A DNA stretch of 64,000 nt. Source: Dipteris shenzhenensis (Eukaryota). The position numbers and the translations under genes are program-made. Where the stretch lies: NCBI GenBank assembly GCA_047967505.1, contig CM106538.1; one strand, given 5' to 3'. Positions 37,167 through 51,599 of the stretch are shown here, piece by piece. The stretch's first letter is position 1. Every line of letters starts with the position of its first letter. A model generated the notes under the pieces. That model was given only the letters and a program-made list of their open reading frames with translations. It did no database searches and was not told where the DNA came from.

Positions 37167-38962
37167 CCAATCTCAACAAGGAGTCGAGTCGTTTGAGCAC
37201 CGGTGGCCGATCCGATACTCCAAAGCCGTGAGGGATTCGTTTGGGCACCCGGGTTGCACGTCTTGTCTGTTGTTATCAAGCACCTGCCCAATGTGCACGG
37301 GAACCGCTTCTTACGTGAGCTGGATAGCTTCAAAAAGGGGGGGACTTGAACTCAAGATACTGCTTGCCATGGAGATGTTATTAAGAAGAACTGTAATAGA
37401 AAAGGCTCTACTCGCCATCCCTAAGGGGAAGGACTTACTAAAGGAGAGGGTTTTTTCGAGCCATTTTTTATTTCATGATATACTTGTATTTTGTCTCATT
37501 TTGATTGGATTGAGTTCTTGGGCACTTGTTGATGCTCAAGAAAATGCATGCTAATGAATTGAATGCTTTACTCTTGTGATCAACAACTTGCAAATGGTGG
37601 GTGTTGGATTTTCCCAAAGTTGGTACAACCCAAATCCTTCACCATTTAATGTCTTGGATTTTGTTTAGATACCACGATTTCATCTCATTAATGTTGTGCT
37701 GCTAGCTTCGATGCATTGTATAGGTTGCACATTGATTGGAGTATGAGGATGTGCCCATGCTTACAAATTGAGGAATTCATGATCTTTTTCGTCATTCTTT
37801 CCATCGCCCTACTTTTGTTACACTTGCACATTATGGTAGATCATGAAGTTTCCCATGAATCAATGGACACACAGAGCTCGAATTTCAAGCGAGGTCTACA
37901 ACTTCGAATTTCTATTTCAGCTTCTTTTCCATGGTTCCTTCTTTTCTAAGCGTTTCCATGCTTCCTCCTTTTTGTTCAGAACCAGCGCAGACATGTGCAA
38001 CCGATTTCGACAATACAATGACAATGTGACGTCAAGCTTCAAAGGTATAAACTCCCTCCATGTTTGCTTGCTCTCAAAAATGTTATTTTGATTCAGGTGC
38101 CATGCACAAGAACTATTGTTGGACTCATCAAGCGGTTCTCAGAGGACTTGGATGTGTGATTGGCCACTCTTCTGCAATTGAGCAAACACACACAACTTTG
38201 TGACTCCCAGCTTCTCCCCTAGCACTGAAGAAATCCACCATGCAAGGACCTTCGAATTCTGTGTGTGTGTGTGTGTGTGTTTGGACGACAAACACCTGTT
38301 TGTAAAGCATCACTGAGGTTCATCATCCTTAAGATGAGAGTTCCCATTTGTAAGGCTTTCTACCTATTGCTACACATCTCCTACACATAGACTTTCTGTT
38401 CGTATGTTAAATCCTTAGAATCTTTTGTTATCAAGCTTTAATTGTGTCCATGCCAAAGACTTGAACAGCAGCTTGGGGCCTATTTGTAGTAATAAAGTGA
38501 CTTTGAAAGCATTGCAACCTGCGTTGGCATAGTTTGATTTGTTTCATTTCACACAACTGAACACATTCAAAACATCAAAAGCAGCATGTGAGATTTTTAC
38601 AAAACTATATGAACCTTAAAGAATACATCAAGAGTTTTGATAGTCAAAAATAAAATCACTCAAAGCTTCCAACAAAGCAATGAGCAATGCCAATCTCAAA
38701 ATAATGGCATAAAGATATGGGCCGGTGAATTTGGAAGCTTGATATGGCTTTAAAATTTGGAATGTGGCAATTGGTATTCCAAGACTGAACTTCTTAGGAA
38801 AGTGCATGAAGCATGTCGCTTTGGCAAACCAACTAGATTCGGCTTTAGCAAAGAACAAACAGAGCAAAAGGTGCTCTTGACTTAGTACACTCCAATGTAC
38901 AAGCTTATGCATAGACCACAAGCATCAATGGAGCATTATATGACCCTAAATTTATTGATATC

Positions 38963-41900
38963 TGACAAAATATGAAGAAGGGAGAGGAGAAGAGTGGAGA
39001 TGAGGAGAGAGGGCACAGCTAGAGAGCACACCACAAATGACTAACTGTACACTAGATTTAGTTGAAAAAATAGAATATATACAAACCCCTTTAGGGTTAG
39101 GGTTAGGGGATCTAGCCCTTTCCTTTATAGCACTCTATAAGGTTAGTGATATGCACATATGATCACATGATGGTGCTATGCACACGTGATCACATGATGT
39201 TGAGCATGAACTCTCAATACCTTCCCTCAAGATCAACATCATGAAGTAGGCCTTCCCTTAAGATGATAATTCTGGGGAATCGAAGAAGGACTGAGCATTA
39301 CATTCCATCACACCCCTTTAATGGGAATGTCCTTCCTCTGCATCAAACCAAGAGCTAGTCGGTGTTTCTCGAATAGCTCTTTACCGAGTGGTTTGGTAGA
39401 GATGTCTGCAACATTCTCTTTGCTATCACAATGCTGCAATGTGATGTCACCAAGTAACACTCTTTCTCTAATGAAGTGCTCTCTGACATCAATGTGCTTT
39501 GTCGTAGAGTGATACAATGGATTTTTTGCCAATGCTTGAGCCGATTGATTATCACAGTATATTGTTGTTGGCTTTGACTCATCAAAGTAATCTGTTTCTG
39601 ACAATAGTCTTCTGAGCCATATAGCCTCACATGGACCTGTAGTGAGTGCTCTATATTCTGCTTTAGTCGAAGACAAAGAACCAGTTGGCTGTTTGTTTGA
39701 CAACCATGATATAGCACCTTGACCAAGGAAAAATGCATATCCCTGTGTCGATCTCCTGGTCTCATGATCTCTGGCATAGTCATTGTCACAGTATCCATGC
39801 AACCATGGATGACTTCCTCTGTATTCTATCCCAAACTATCTTGTACCTCTGATGTATCTCAAGACTCTTTTGGCTGCATTCCAATGAGACTATTTCGAAT
39901 TTGCCATAAACTGTGCTAGTGAGCTTATTGCATAACAAATATATGGCCCTATGATTGTCAGATATATAAGAGATCCGATGAGCTGCCTGTAGTATCTGTC
40001 ATTGACTGTAGGCTTTTCTGAATCTTTAGTAAATTTCAAACTCTGTTCCATGGGAGTGGTTGCAATCTTGCAATCTGCTATATAAAACTTCTTCAGGAGA
40101 CTGTCAACATATTTGAGCTGACTCATGAATGTGCTATTTGAATCTCTCCATAGCTCAATTCCAAGACAATAGTGCATAAGTCCAAGATCTTTCATGTCGA
40201 ACTTTGCAGATAAGTCTTGTTTTGGTTTTTTGATGAAGCTATCCTTGCTTCCTGTCACAATTACATCATCTACGTACAAAAGTACAATAGTAATGTCTTC
40301 CCCTTGAACTTTGTAGTAGAGAGTATGACCTGCATTGGATTTCATGTATCCCAGATCAGCAAAATACTTGTCAATTCTGCTATACCAACTTCTGGGTGCT
40401 TGCTTTAAGCTGTAGAGACTTTTCTTGAGATGGCAAACCTTATTCTCTTTTCCCGGTTCAACATAACCTGCTAGTTGTTGCATGTAGACTTCCTCGTCGA
40501 GATAACCATTGAGAAATGCATTCTTGACATCGAGCTGATGCACATTCCATCTGCTGAGTGTCGCTAGTGATATCAAGAACCTTATGGAATCCATCTTTGC
40601 TACTGGAGCATAAGTCTCATCATAATCTTAACCATATTGCTGTGCAAATCCTTTTGCAACTAGTCTAGCTTTGTATCTCTGAATACTTCCATCTAGATTA
40701 TACTTCACTTTGTATACCTATTTGTTTGCTATGACCTTCTTTCCTGGTGGAAGGTTGCATAGTTCCCAAGTATTATTCTTATACAAAGCATCCATTTCTT
40801 CATTCATAGAAGTTTGCTAGTCTAGCTTGTCTACTGCATCTTCGAAGTACACTGGCTCTTCTATAGCCCCACCATGATGGTAGTCATAAGAGCATAGTTG
40901 GTGGTATCCACCTGAATTGCTTTGCCTTTCTAAGCATATATCAATCTAGCTGGTGGTCTGCTTTCCCTAGTAGACCGTCTAAGCTACTGTGGCTCTGCTT
41001 GGGGTGTTGCTGGCAATTCTTGCTCTTCTTCATCAACCTATTTTGTAGATGACTATGAAGTCGATGCTTCTATCTCCTATGTAGGTGAGGTTTTCCATTC
41101 TTATTCCTCATCAAAGATTACATCTCTAGAGATAATGACCTTGCGGTTGATGGAATCATACAACTTCTATGCTTTGCTTTCTTCACGGAAGCCAACCATG
41201 ATGCCTTTGCATGACTTCGCATCCAATTTCCTGCGATGATCATCATGTATGTGGGCATATGCTATGCAACTAAATATGCAGAGATGCCCAATATGTGGCT
41301 TGTGTCCAGTGAATGCTTCATAAGGAGTCATACCTTGTATCGGTTTGGTAGGAAGCAGATTAAGCAAGTAGTTTGCTGTAGCTATTGCTTCTACCCAATA
41401 CTGATTTAGAAGATGCTTCTCACTAAGCATTGCTCTAGCACTGTCTGCTAAAGTCCCATTCTTCCTTTCAGCTCTTGCATTTTGCTAAGGAGTATATGCA
41501 CATGTGAATTGTCTTTGTATGCCGTGACTTCTACAAAAGTTCATGAATGCTGAAGACATGTATTCACCTCCTCTATCTGATCTCATGACCTTGATCTTTC
41601 TGCCTATCTGGTTTTCTACCATGGCTTTGAATTCTTGAAATCTGGAAAACACTTTAGATTTATCTTTTAGAAAGTACACCTAACAATATCTGCTGTAGTT
41701 GTCGATGAAAGTCAAGTAGTAAAGTGAACCATTGATGCTGCGGGTCTAGGCATAACCCCATACATTTGTATGTATCAAATCAAGAATACCTCGTGCACGA
41801 GAGGTACTTCTACCAAAGTTGGTTTGCTTTTGTTTGCCAAAGTAGCATGCTTCGCGAACTTTTCCCAGAAACTGTAGCTTTGGAATCCCAATTGACATAT

Positions 41901-41984
41901 TCTGATTCCTGAGATCTAACAAGTACTTGAAATTAACATGACCATATCTCTTGTTCCATTTTGCAAATAGTGGCATCTGTTGCA
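38963..41984 (-). mobile_element. 5'-truncated Ty1/copia (INT-RT-RH plus 3' LTR), same family as 53521-60833
   Basis: LTR at 38963-39219 is the reverse complement of the 257-bp LTR; PPT 39220-39231. pol fragments are co-linear with 57817-60488; homology ends at 41984. Confidence 0.93.
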
Positions 41985-42834
41985 GTTAATTGAGAGCAAG
42001 TTTTTATTGATGGGTTGGATGGCATTGTTCTATTAATATGGTTAAACGCTAAGACAAATACATAATCCAAATATATTGAAATTGTTTTCTTATCTCCATA
42101 GCATTGCCTACCTTCTTGCACCTCAAAGTAAGCAATCATGCAAAGATTTACAACAATTGTAACAAGTTTTAGAGATACTAATGGCAAAAAAAAAGATCAT
42201 AATGAAGCGAAGTGAAGCAGTATAGGGCCCATATGTTGAATCATAGATGTCATAATGTATGTAGAGATCAAAGCAAAGATTGAGGATTCAAATCTTTGTG
42301 ATATTGCATTGCATAGCACTAAGGATTGCGTGTCTAGATGAACCCTACCTCAGAAAGGACCCTATGGCATAATGCTCCTTATATTCTTGTTGTCCACAGT
42401 AGGCTAATATCCCTCTCCTTCTCCCTACCCCCTGCCCCTCCCCCTCCCTCCATCCCTCCCTCCCCCCCCCCCCCTCTCTCTCTCTCTCGGAGGGGATATG
42501 ATCCTTTCATGGAGGTATTGGTTGGGGGCTCTTATCGGAGTGAAGCCACCCATTCCCATCACAAATCAGATGTTTGGCACACTTATGCATGCTCTCTTTA
42601 TGATGTCCCAAATGAGATGTTGGATGATGTGTCTTTTATGCCCAAGCCCACTACATATGTCACTTGTTCACTGCACAGAATGTACAATTTACCATTGCTT
42701 ACCGCGTCATAACTGGATCATGAGGGACTATGGAGTGAGCACTTCTCACATGGGTAGAGGTCCTGACTCTGATTCTAGCATAGTTTTTCACCCATGCCAT
42801 ATGCTATGGCTTCTCACTACCTGACCATTGTTAC

Positions 42835-43080
42835 ACCGATACACTGAGAGAGGAGATCCCATGGACAGTGGGAACTACCGCACTCTTATGATGATTGGCT
42901 ACACTTTGGCTAAGATATATGGATCGGTACTAGAGAGGGAGATCAACGCCACACAAAGGGTCATGGTGGCTAGTTGGCTCTTGTGTGCGAGAAAGTTTTT
43001 AGAGACAACACTCCACCTTGGATCACATCTTCACCTTGAGGGCTATCATTGAGGAGTCAAAGTTGAGGCATCAAAAAGTC
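42835..43080 (+). mobile_element. RTE-like non-LTR retrotransposon RT fragment
   Basis: GDPMDSGNYRTLMMIGYTLAKIYGSVLE, then TLDHIFTLRAIIEESK in another frame. Confidence 0.7.
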
Positions 43081-43221
43081 TCAAAATATGATTTGGGAAT
43101 ATTGAAGAAGTACATGACTTATAAACAGACAATGTTTGTAGGCCAACTAGCAACATCATTCTATAAATACAAAACTATCCACCTTGTAAATTGAGATATG
43201 AAGAGGTCAAAATTGCACATT

Positions 43222-44693
43222 TTATATACAAGTTTTCTTATCATCAATTGGTCGCATTGTGACATTTTCATCAACATTGTGTGCATGTATTTTGGTTAGC
43301 AATAACTCCATTTTCATCCTTTCCTTGGGCTCATTCTGGCATAAGTAGAGTTTACAATCCCACAATAGCTTTATTACATGCCCTGGGTATAATTGATTAC
43401 TTGACAGTGCGGACCTACAGCCCACAAGGAAGTTAGCTATTTCACCAAGTAACCAACCAAAAACATAGCAATCTGACATGTTTGACCGTGCACCATTTGG
43501 TTGAGGGTATGCATCATTTCTCATGCACAACTTTGGAGCAAACTAAGGTAATCATGACTTTGGAGCAAGCGCCTGAACCTACTCGGTCAGTTCTGTGGAA
43601 ACCTTCTCCAACCAATAATGCTCATATGCATAGATTTTCCATCTGGTGTGAAATCTAGCACATAGTTTTTCGCATTCAAGTCAGTGTGTCTGAACCCCCA
43701 CTCATGCACTAATTTCATTGCATTGGCAATATCTGCACAAATGGCAAGAGCATTCTCACAAAATAGGCATGCTCGTATCTAACTCCGCGTATCATGCCAC
43801 GTATTGTGAGGTTGCTAGTGGGGGTTGCCTCACCTTGCCCAGTTCAGATAATCATGATACATGGAAGGTAGACTCATGAGCATGTCATGAATACTACCTC
43901 CATTGAAGTATGGACTAATTAACCAAAGATCACTAGCATGTGTGTAACCAATGGCTTGACACACGACCCTATGCATTACAGTCATTGCTAGCTCTGTCTT
44001 CAAATTATTTATGTACATCTGCAGTATCATGCCTCAACTTCTTGCCATCATAAGACAGGGTTGGCTTGAAACCTGGCACACCCTCTATCTTATCTCGATA
44101 CACTTTTCCTTCCACATCCCACCCAATTCTTCAAGAATTGTCAATGCAACTAGTGGGAAGTGTACCGTTGTAGAGCACATGTCAGCAAACTTTGTGCATA
44201 GATCTATTTGTGTCTTTCCATCTTGACTTCTCATGTCAATTCTTTTTTAGGAACCACTAACAACCTAGTTGTAATATTGGCTAGCGACGTTCGATATTCT
44301 ATTGTGGCTACCCTTTTCTCCTTTTTGTTTTTTCTATGAATGGCAGTGTGGGATTCTTTCCATTCTAGGAGCCACCTCTAGTTTTTTCCTTGTTGCATTT
44401 GTCAAGGGCTCTGACTGCTTTACTGTTTCCCATTGAACAACTATATCACCCAACACTTTAGGTAGGAAGTTCAATACAACCTCTTTCTCCTCTGTCTACT
44501 CCACCTCTTCGCGCCTCATCTAGCTACATTCAAATTGAGAAAATATGCGCTCTTGCATTTCATCCAACTATGAGGAATCTCTCTTATTTGCTCCTCACTC
44601 AGTGTAATGATATGTCAAAAACACACCTTGCAGACAAGGTGTTTTAACTCGATTCTCCAAGTGTCTCTCTCTCTTTGAAGGGGTGGCTGCCAT
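43222..44693 (-). pseudogene. Intronless decayed protein kinase (non-RD) with a ~185-aa N-terminal extension
   Basis: The ATG at 44693 runs in one frame (TAG/TGA/TAA stops only) to ELGG. After frameshifts: EGKVYR (I), YDGKK (II), LWLISPYFNGGSIHDML (V), GFRHTDLNAKNYVL (VIb), IIGW (VII, degenerate), FAPKL (VIII), SDCYVFGWLLGEI (IX), CQNEPKERM (XI). Confidence 0.8.
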
Positions 44694-45398
44694 GAGGAAA
44701 GCAGAGGTATAGATCTAATTCATACAACAATCATCACGTAAGCACTCGACCAGTTCTACTACCATGACAACATGTACATATGAAAACCAATGCAGAAGCA
44801 ATTAAGTAATTCACATGCCAATCGTAATGCATTACATTAACACTGAACAATCATTACAAAAACAAAAGCAAAAGAATTATGTAATCAACACAACAATCAT
44901 TGCTATGGTACGATGAAAGTGAAAATCAAATTGTACATACAAACACATAGAACATGTGCAACACAATTTCTTTGAAAATAAAATTGAAATCCATGCACAC
45001 ATCACAACAAGACAAAGAAAATATAGACGTGCAAAATAGCAGGCACATCTATAGGCATACATAGAATTAATGAAAATACAAGCGTGCCTATTAACACATC
45101 TATTAGCACGGTTATTAATAGTGCATCTACAGTATATATTAGATGCGTTTATAAACGCACAGTAGAGTTTGAAATTTTGATGCAGGCTAATAAATGTCCA
45201 TTGTTGCTTTCCAAACATCGCCCATGATTACCAAAGCACATAATTTAAAAAAAATATCAAAGCTATGCACGTGTCACACACGATAATATGCTTTTTGCCA
45301 AATGCACATATACAAAAATTAAGTGAGGTGAGGAGAGTGAGACAATATATAAAATAGTTTCGCCAATATGTAAGAAATTTGGATGAGACAATGATGGG

Positions 45399-48300
45399 CT
45401 ATGGTTCAATCTCATCCTCAATGAGATCAACCCTTACCAAACTATCTACTTCAATATCCAAATCAATGTGGAAATCTACAAATACATTCAGCCCACTACT
45501 ACTTTTGCTACTATGCTCATCAAAATCAGCATCACCAATGGCAGGCTCATAACCCATGGGTTGAATATCTGTATCTCCTATCTCATGATCATCCTCCTCT
45601 CTCGTATCACGATCATCATCACCTCCATGGCCATGATCATCCTCCATATGCTCCATATTAGTAAAAGTACTAGGTATGATGTGCCACCACCTATTATTAT
45701 CCACCATTGGTTTGGATAGACAACCTATTCAAACACAAATACAAACATTTTATTTTCCTTGCATCAAAGGTATAAAATATAAAAAAGACAGTATTTTAAT
45801 ATATGTGTAGTACCTATTCACATTGTTGCGGTAGTACTATGTATCCTTCTTGCTTTGCCAAAACTATGTGGAGTCAATAGTTACAAAGCCACTTGCATGG
45901 CATTTGATTGTTGCATTAGGGCCTCTTTCCACCATGTCCTTAAACCACTTGACATCCAAAACATACACAAAGAAGTGCCAAAAGTCAAGCTTAATAATAT
46001 CTTGGATTATGCCACAATAATCATCCATGGCTCCATTGGCTCCCTCAATGCTAGCAATGACGCTGCAATCTTATGTGTACCTCTTATCATCAATACATTG
46101 TGTCTGAAAATGCTTGCCCTCATATTGAACATAGTACACTACACCAAGACAAAATAAATTGAATAAGAAATCTAAATTGTTGAAAGCTCTAACTAATGCA
46201 TAACATTCTATACACTAACCTTTTGCATGCATCCTCTAGCATACTCCCATTCTTCCATTGTGATATGCATCCCCTCATCTCTCTCTGCTCTCTCCATTTT
46301 GTCAAGTGGCAATCAACATGAATATCCTTTGGAAGTGCTCTTAGATGCTCAAGGTATGGCACACGAGATCCATGGTGTGTACAAAAGAGGGCCCTTTCTC
46401 CTTATCTTCTTGCCTTTGCATCCTCATATCTTGTCACCCATCTTTTTGTCACATCACTATTAAGCATGCAATAGAGGTTTAGACTATTAAGCCATGCCCT
46501 GTCCATTACTTTGCTCTGTCCTTTCCCTTGAGGCACAATAGAGGTTATCCTTAGGTCTTCTTCATCTCTCCATAGTCGTGGGAGAGAGTTGTCCACATCA
46601 ACAAGAAACTCAGAAATATATACAAGTGACTCTTATACCAACCAACCCTTGGCCATGCTACCTTCATGCCTTGCATTTTGCCTCACAAAACCCTTCAAGA
46701 TCTTCATGAAGCACTCGAGGAAGAACAACCATCGTGCATGTATAGTGCCACATATAGCAATCTCATGTACCAAATGCACTATGAGATGTAGTTGGCTTGT
46801 GAGAATAGAACATGGAAAGGTCTCCTCCACTAAACAAACCACCTCCACTGACGAAACTAGAGCATCCTCAAGTGTGGTGGGATCTATTTCCTTTGAGCTC
46901 ACATACCTAGAAAGAAAAAAGTGCACCATATTAGCAATATAAAAACCGTGCATCACACATTGATACGCTTCAAATTTTGTATAGTGTGAAGTATCTCTCA
47001 AGCTCGCCCATCTTCTAAATACAATCCTTCATGTCCTATGATGCACTATCAAAAATGCTAGTAGGTAGTATGAATTGAACACTTGAGCGATGGTTGATTA
47101 GTTGCTTCTACACTCACAAATTTGGAAGGAAAAAGAATTATGCCAAGTCATACTTACTTGGAACATATTGTGCCAATCATGAGATTTTAAGCCATATAAT
47201 TTCTCTACACCTCTTTTCTTGCTCTTTGTGAAGGCCCCCTTCAAACACCTCATGCATCTAGTGGGAGTACAAATTGTAGTGATAGCCCACTTTACCGCCG
47301 CCATCTATAGCTTTGATAACTTCCATGGTACATGAGGTAAAAAGGCACACCCATTTGGCCTCTCTTGTGGCCAAGCTTCATGCATCCTCCTTGTGGTGCG
47401 TAGATCCTCCCTTATGCTCAAGGAATCTCATGTCCCATTCAAATGTTCCCAAATGGTAGATGCCACATTCTTGAAGATATGCATGGGATCAAGAAAGTGA
47501 TTGCTCTTAAGGTGGGAACAATATGGTAGCCAATAAAAGATGGAGTATCTAAACAAAATATGGTGTTAGCGTGCAATCTTTATTTCCATTCAATATAGCA
47601 CGCAATAGTTTACAAACCCTTACCTGCTCATGCCACATGGAGGAGGAGTCATGGAAAGGTCCCAAATTTGCTTTCAATCTCGTGTAATGAGTGACTATGG
47701 GGGGACTTCATTCCAAGGGTGACATATCTAGAATGATCAGATGGGAGGAATCGATGGTGATTCTCATAGATGGCCTTATTCAAGTCCTCTGGCCATGAAG
47801 CAACTAGCAAAGGACCACAAACAAGACATGCATGGTAACCCGATATAGTGAGACCTAAACAATAGATGCAATTACGTAAGCAAGGTGGGTTTTGGGTGCC
47901 ACATCAATTGCCTAATCATAATTAAAAGTTCAATGCTTACTTGAACACTCGCCATAGCCTAGGAGTCATGCATTGTCCACATCAAGACTGCCTTGCATGT
48001 GAAGTCTCATGATGAGGGAGGCCTACTCACGTCATACACCTCAATACCTCTCCAAAGGATCTCCAGCTCATCAATCAAAGGCTCCAGATAAACATCCACG
48101 TTTTTGACTTTATGTTTCCCTGGAATTAGAAGGGATAACATAACATGTCCTTTCTTAATTGCCATAGAGGGTGGAAGATTATAATTCACCAATATCACTG
48201 GCCATACACTGTAAGAGAGGCTTTTGAGACCAAATGGGTTCACACCATCCATATTGAATCCAAGTCTCAAGTTCCTAGGTTTTTCCTTGAAGCTTGGCCA

Positions 48301-49190
48301 TGTGTCTTCAATATGCTTCCACACAAGAGTGTCTGCGGGAGATCTCCACTTGCCATCGGTTGATCAATGGGAGGAATGCCATGACATGAGCTCTGCAATG
48401 GATTTGCACTTGAACATAGGTTGAATGCGAGGGATTATGGGAAAATATCGTAAAACCTTACGAGGCACATCCAAAGTTTTGAGATATGCTCTATATCTTT
48501 CCTTGCCACAAGTAGGACACTCTCGAGCCTCCTTATGTGGTCCACGAAACAGAACAAAATCATTGACGCACACATAGATGCACTTGTAATCCAACCCTCC
48601 AAGAGAGGTCACATGCTGCCTTGCCATATCTTTTGAGGTCAGTAATTTATTCTCGCTTGGAAGCATTTTAAACGATAGCCTACACGTGAAGACCATAAAT
48701 GAGAAAAAGTATTCCAGTAACTGATCCAAGTAATGCATTCAAACTTGCATTGCTCCATACATAAATGGTCTACAAGTTTTGTAACTCAAGGGAGGCACGT
48801 AGAATAGAGAATGTACACCCCTCAAATATTGGTGTTGATGCTGCAATAAAAAGATTATCCTACTCCATGCTATCATCCCTACCTGAAGACTAATGGGCAA
48901 ATAAATCTCGCACCATATCATCAAACACCTCCTCCTCCACAGCCTCATGAGGTTAATGGTGGGGCTACTATCACCATCACTCCATGCATCCATAACGGTC
49001 TCTCCTGAAGATCGCACCTCATATTGCCGACGCCTTGCCTCCTCATGACGAGCATAGGGCAACATATGCAAGTGTGGCACTGCATCTTGTAAAGGATCAT
49101 ATATCAAACACTTGAACACCTATAGGTATCTCAATCAACCTCAATGCTTTAACACTGACAATGGATATGGTCGCATCCCATTCTTCATAC
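45399..49190 (-). mobile_element. Decayed CACTA/En-Spm transposase (Transposase_21/TnpD-type, intron-containing)
   Basis: ECPTCGKERY, LRYFPIIPR, RNLRLGFNMDGVNPF…WPVILVNYNLPP, YLEPLIDELEILW, GLKSHDWH, HLIVHLVHEI…ARW.F..E.FMKILKGFVRQNARHEGSMAKG. Acidic tail at 45399-45707. TIRs not found. Confidence 0.92.
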
Positions 49191-50180
49191 TTTAAGATGT
49201 GAATGAGTGCAATTCTATGTGCATGATACATGTTTCATTCACATCGATCACACATACATTTGACTTTTTTCTCAAACCACATTTCTCGATGGTGGATACG
49301 GAGGGATTCATCCTCACTGGAGGTACTTGTTGAAGTTGAAGACATCCTACAAATAATAACAACGCAAAAAAAGTATTAGTGCTTGCAAATTTAATCCCAA
49401 AATTGTGTAGCGCATCTATTAGCGCATTTGTACTATGAAATGTGTCTATTGGCACGTCTAATACACAATGCAGAGCTCCAATAAATACGCTTTTAGATGT
49501 GTTAACTGGTTTTTAAACCTATATTTACTCACTCTACCGCTTGCTCTCCTTTCAACGACCACACCCACCTCTAAGAGAAACTCATCTCCAAGCAACTTAC
49601 ACCTCATCTCCAAGCATACACATCATACACATTCATCTCCAAGCATACAAGAGAAGAGGGTGGAGAAGGAAGCCATGAGAGAAGAAAAAGAAGAAGCTTT
49701 TGAGAAGAAAGAGAAGAAACTTTTCATATCTCTATCCAAGGTAAGTCTCTTGTCGATTGCTCTTCTCTCTCAATCTATGATGCTTCTTGTACTTGTGGAA
49801 AGTTGTTCTCTTCAGATTTGTCCTTTGTCACATGCAAAAGAGAATGTTTTTGGGTACTTTTGTTCTTTTTGGGGTCGGTGGTTTGTCGTTGTCAAATTTT
49901 GTTGAGATTCATCTGTCAGAACACTTCTAAAAGCACGTCTAACTATAATTTGAATTGTGCAGCCATGCCTATAGATGCATTGTTAGATGTGCTACGACAA
50001 TTCTACGATTTTATAGTTCTTCTCCTTCTCCTTCTCCTTCTCCTTCCCCTTCCCCTTCCCCTTCCCCTTGACCTCCCTTCTTCTTCCATTCTCCCTTCTC
50101 CTTCCATTCTTCCATCTCCCTTATCCTTCCATTCTTCCTTCTCTTTCTCTTCTCTTTCTTGATCCTTCCGATTCTCCTTT

Positions 50181-50720
50181 CCCTTGCATGCATGTTTAAG
50201 TCAAATTTTCAATGCCTTAAGAATTCATGAGGAAATAAGGGGTTGCATGCATGATGGAAATAAGGGATTGCATGAGGGAAATTGGACTGCATCATGAGGG
50301 CAGGATAAAGAAAGAGGGCATGCATGATGGAAATCATGGGATTGCATGAGGGAAATTGGGAAATTGGCATAACTCTTTTATATATGCATATGGAAAGAGG
50401 GCATGCATGATGGAAAACACCCCTCTTACTTCTTTCTTTCTTCTCTTCTCTTCTCTACTCTCCTTCCATTCTTCCTTCTCTTTCTCTTCTCTTTCTTGGT
50501 CCTTCCCTTCTCCTCTCCCTTGCATGCATGTTTAAGTCAAATTTTCGATGCCTTAAGCATTCATGAGGAAATAAGGGATTTCATGCATGATGGAAATAAG
50601 GGATTGCATGAGGGAAATTAGACTTGCATAACTCTTTTATATATGCATATGGAAAAGGGCATGCATGATGGAAAACACCCCTCTTACTTCTTTCTTTCTT
50701 CTCTTCTCTTCTCTTCACTA
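50181..50720. repeat. ~335-bp direct duplication with GCATG/GGAAAT subrepeats and CT-rich tracts
   Basis: CCCTTGCATGCATGTTTAAGTCAAATTTTC at 50181 and 50517; ATGGAAAACACCCCTCTTACTTC occurs twice. Confidence 0.85.
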
Positions 50721-51599
50721 CTCTTCTTATTATCAACCTTTCTTCTCTTCTCTTCTAATCTTTTTCTCTTCTTTTCGCAGTTCATCATGTGGCCAAGAAG
50801 CTCTTCATCATGTGGCCAAGAAGCTCTTCGGGAGCGTCGCTTGACCCTCGAGATGCCTTATTACATCAGTTACATAACATTTTGGGGCACCCTCCCACTC
50901 CACAAGAGTTATATACATACATGGGGTGAAAGCAAGGTAATGTGGAATGCTTTTTCCACTATATAGCATGAAAATATAGCAAAATACATAGTACTTAGAT
51001 GAAGAAAAAATAAGTCATTATATTTTTCAATAAAATATATAGAGTTCGTTGCATGATTATGTGCACCACTACCAAACGAGATGTTTCGGGTAGTTCTTAG
51101 ATTCCAACAACAAATTTGGTTCCCTCCTGATCGTGTTGTCAACCATTCCTACAAGCTAAAGAGCTTCATATTTGCCGTCTGTGCTATTGCACTATCATCC
51201 AACTCGTGACTTCAATTTTTGCTTATCGCTTTCTACTGTTTATGAAGTTTGACATGTAGATGTTGGCATAGACTAAATGAGGCTTGATTTTGTTCAAGTT
51301 TAACACATCATTTTTTGAATTGATAGCATTGATATAGCAATTCATCCTGCTTGGAAGGAGGAGGAAGTATGCCATTCGAGAGCTTTCAGTAGTAGATGGA
51401 GTGGTTGTATTGAAATGGTTACTAAGATTGCTAAATATTTTGGGAGAGCGAGAGCAGGAAGAATGAGGAGGCGATGGTTTGCGCTGGGTTTGCGTGAGTT
51501 TGCAATTGTTGTTGACTATTGCTAAGAATCCATTGGATCCTATTTTTCCTTCATTACTTTCCGGTTGAGCTTTTCTTGAGAGCTATAAAGCATGCTAGG

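Noticed and set aside
49468-50966. Hydrophobic or Lys/Glu-rich ORFs
   Set aside because: Derived from CT/GA low-complexity tracts and duplications.
51060-51100. CACTACC as a CACTA terminus
   Set aside because: Wrong orientation for a right end (TAGTG expected), and no partner TIR or 3-bp TSD was found.
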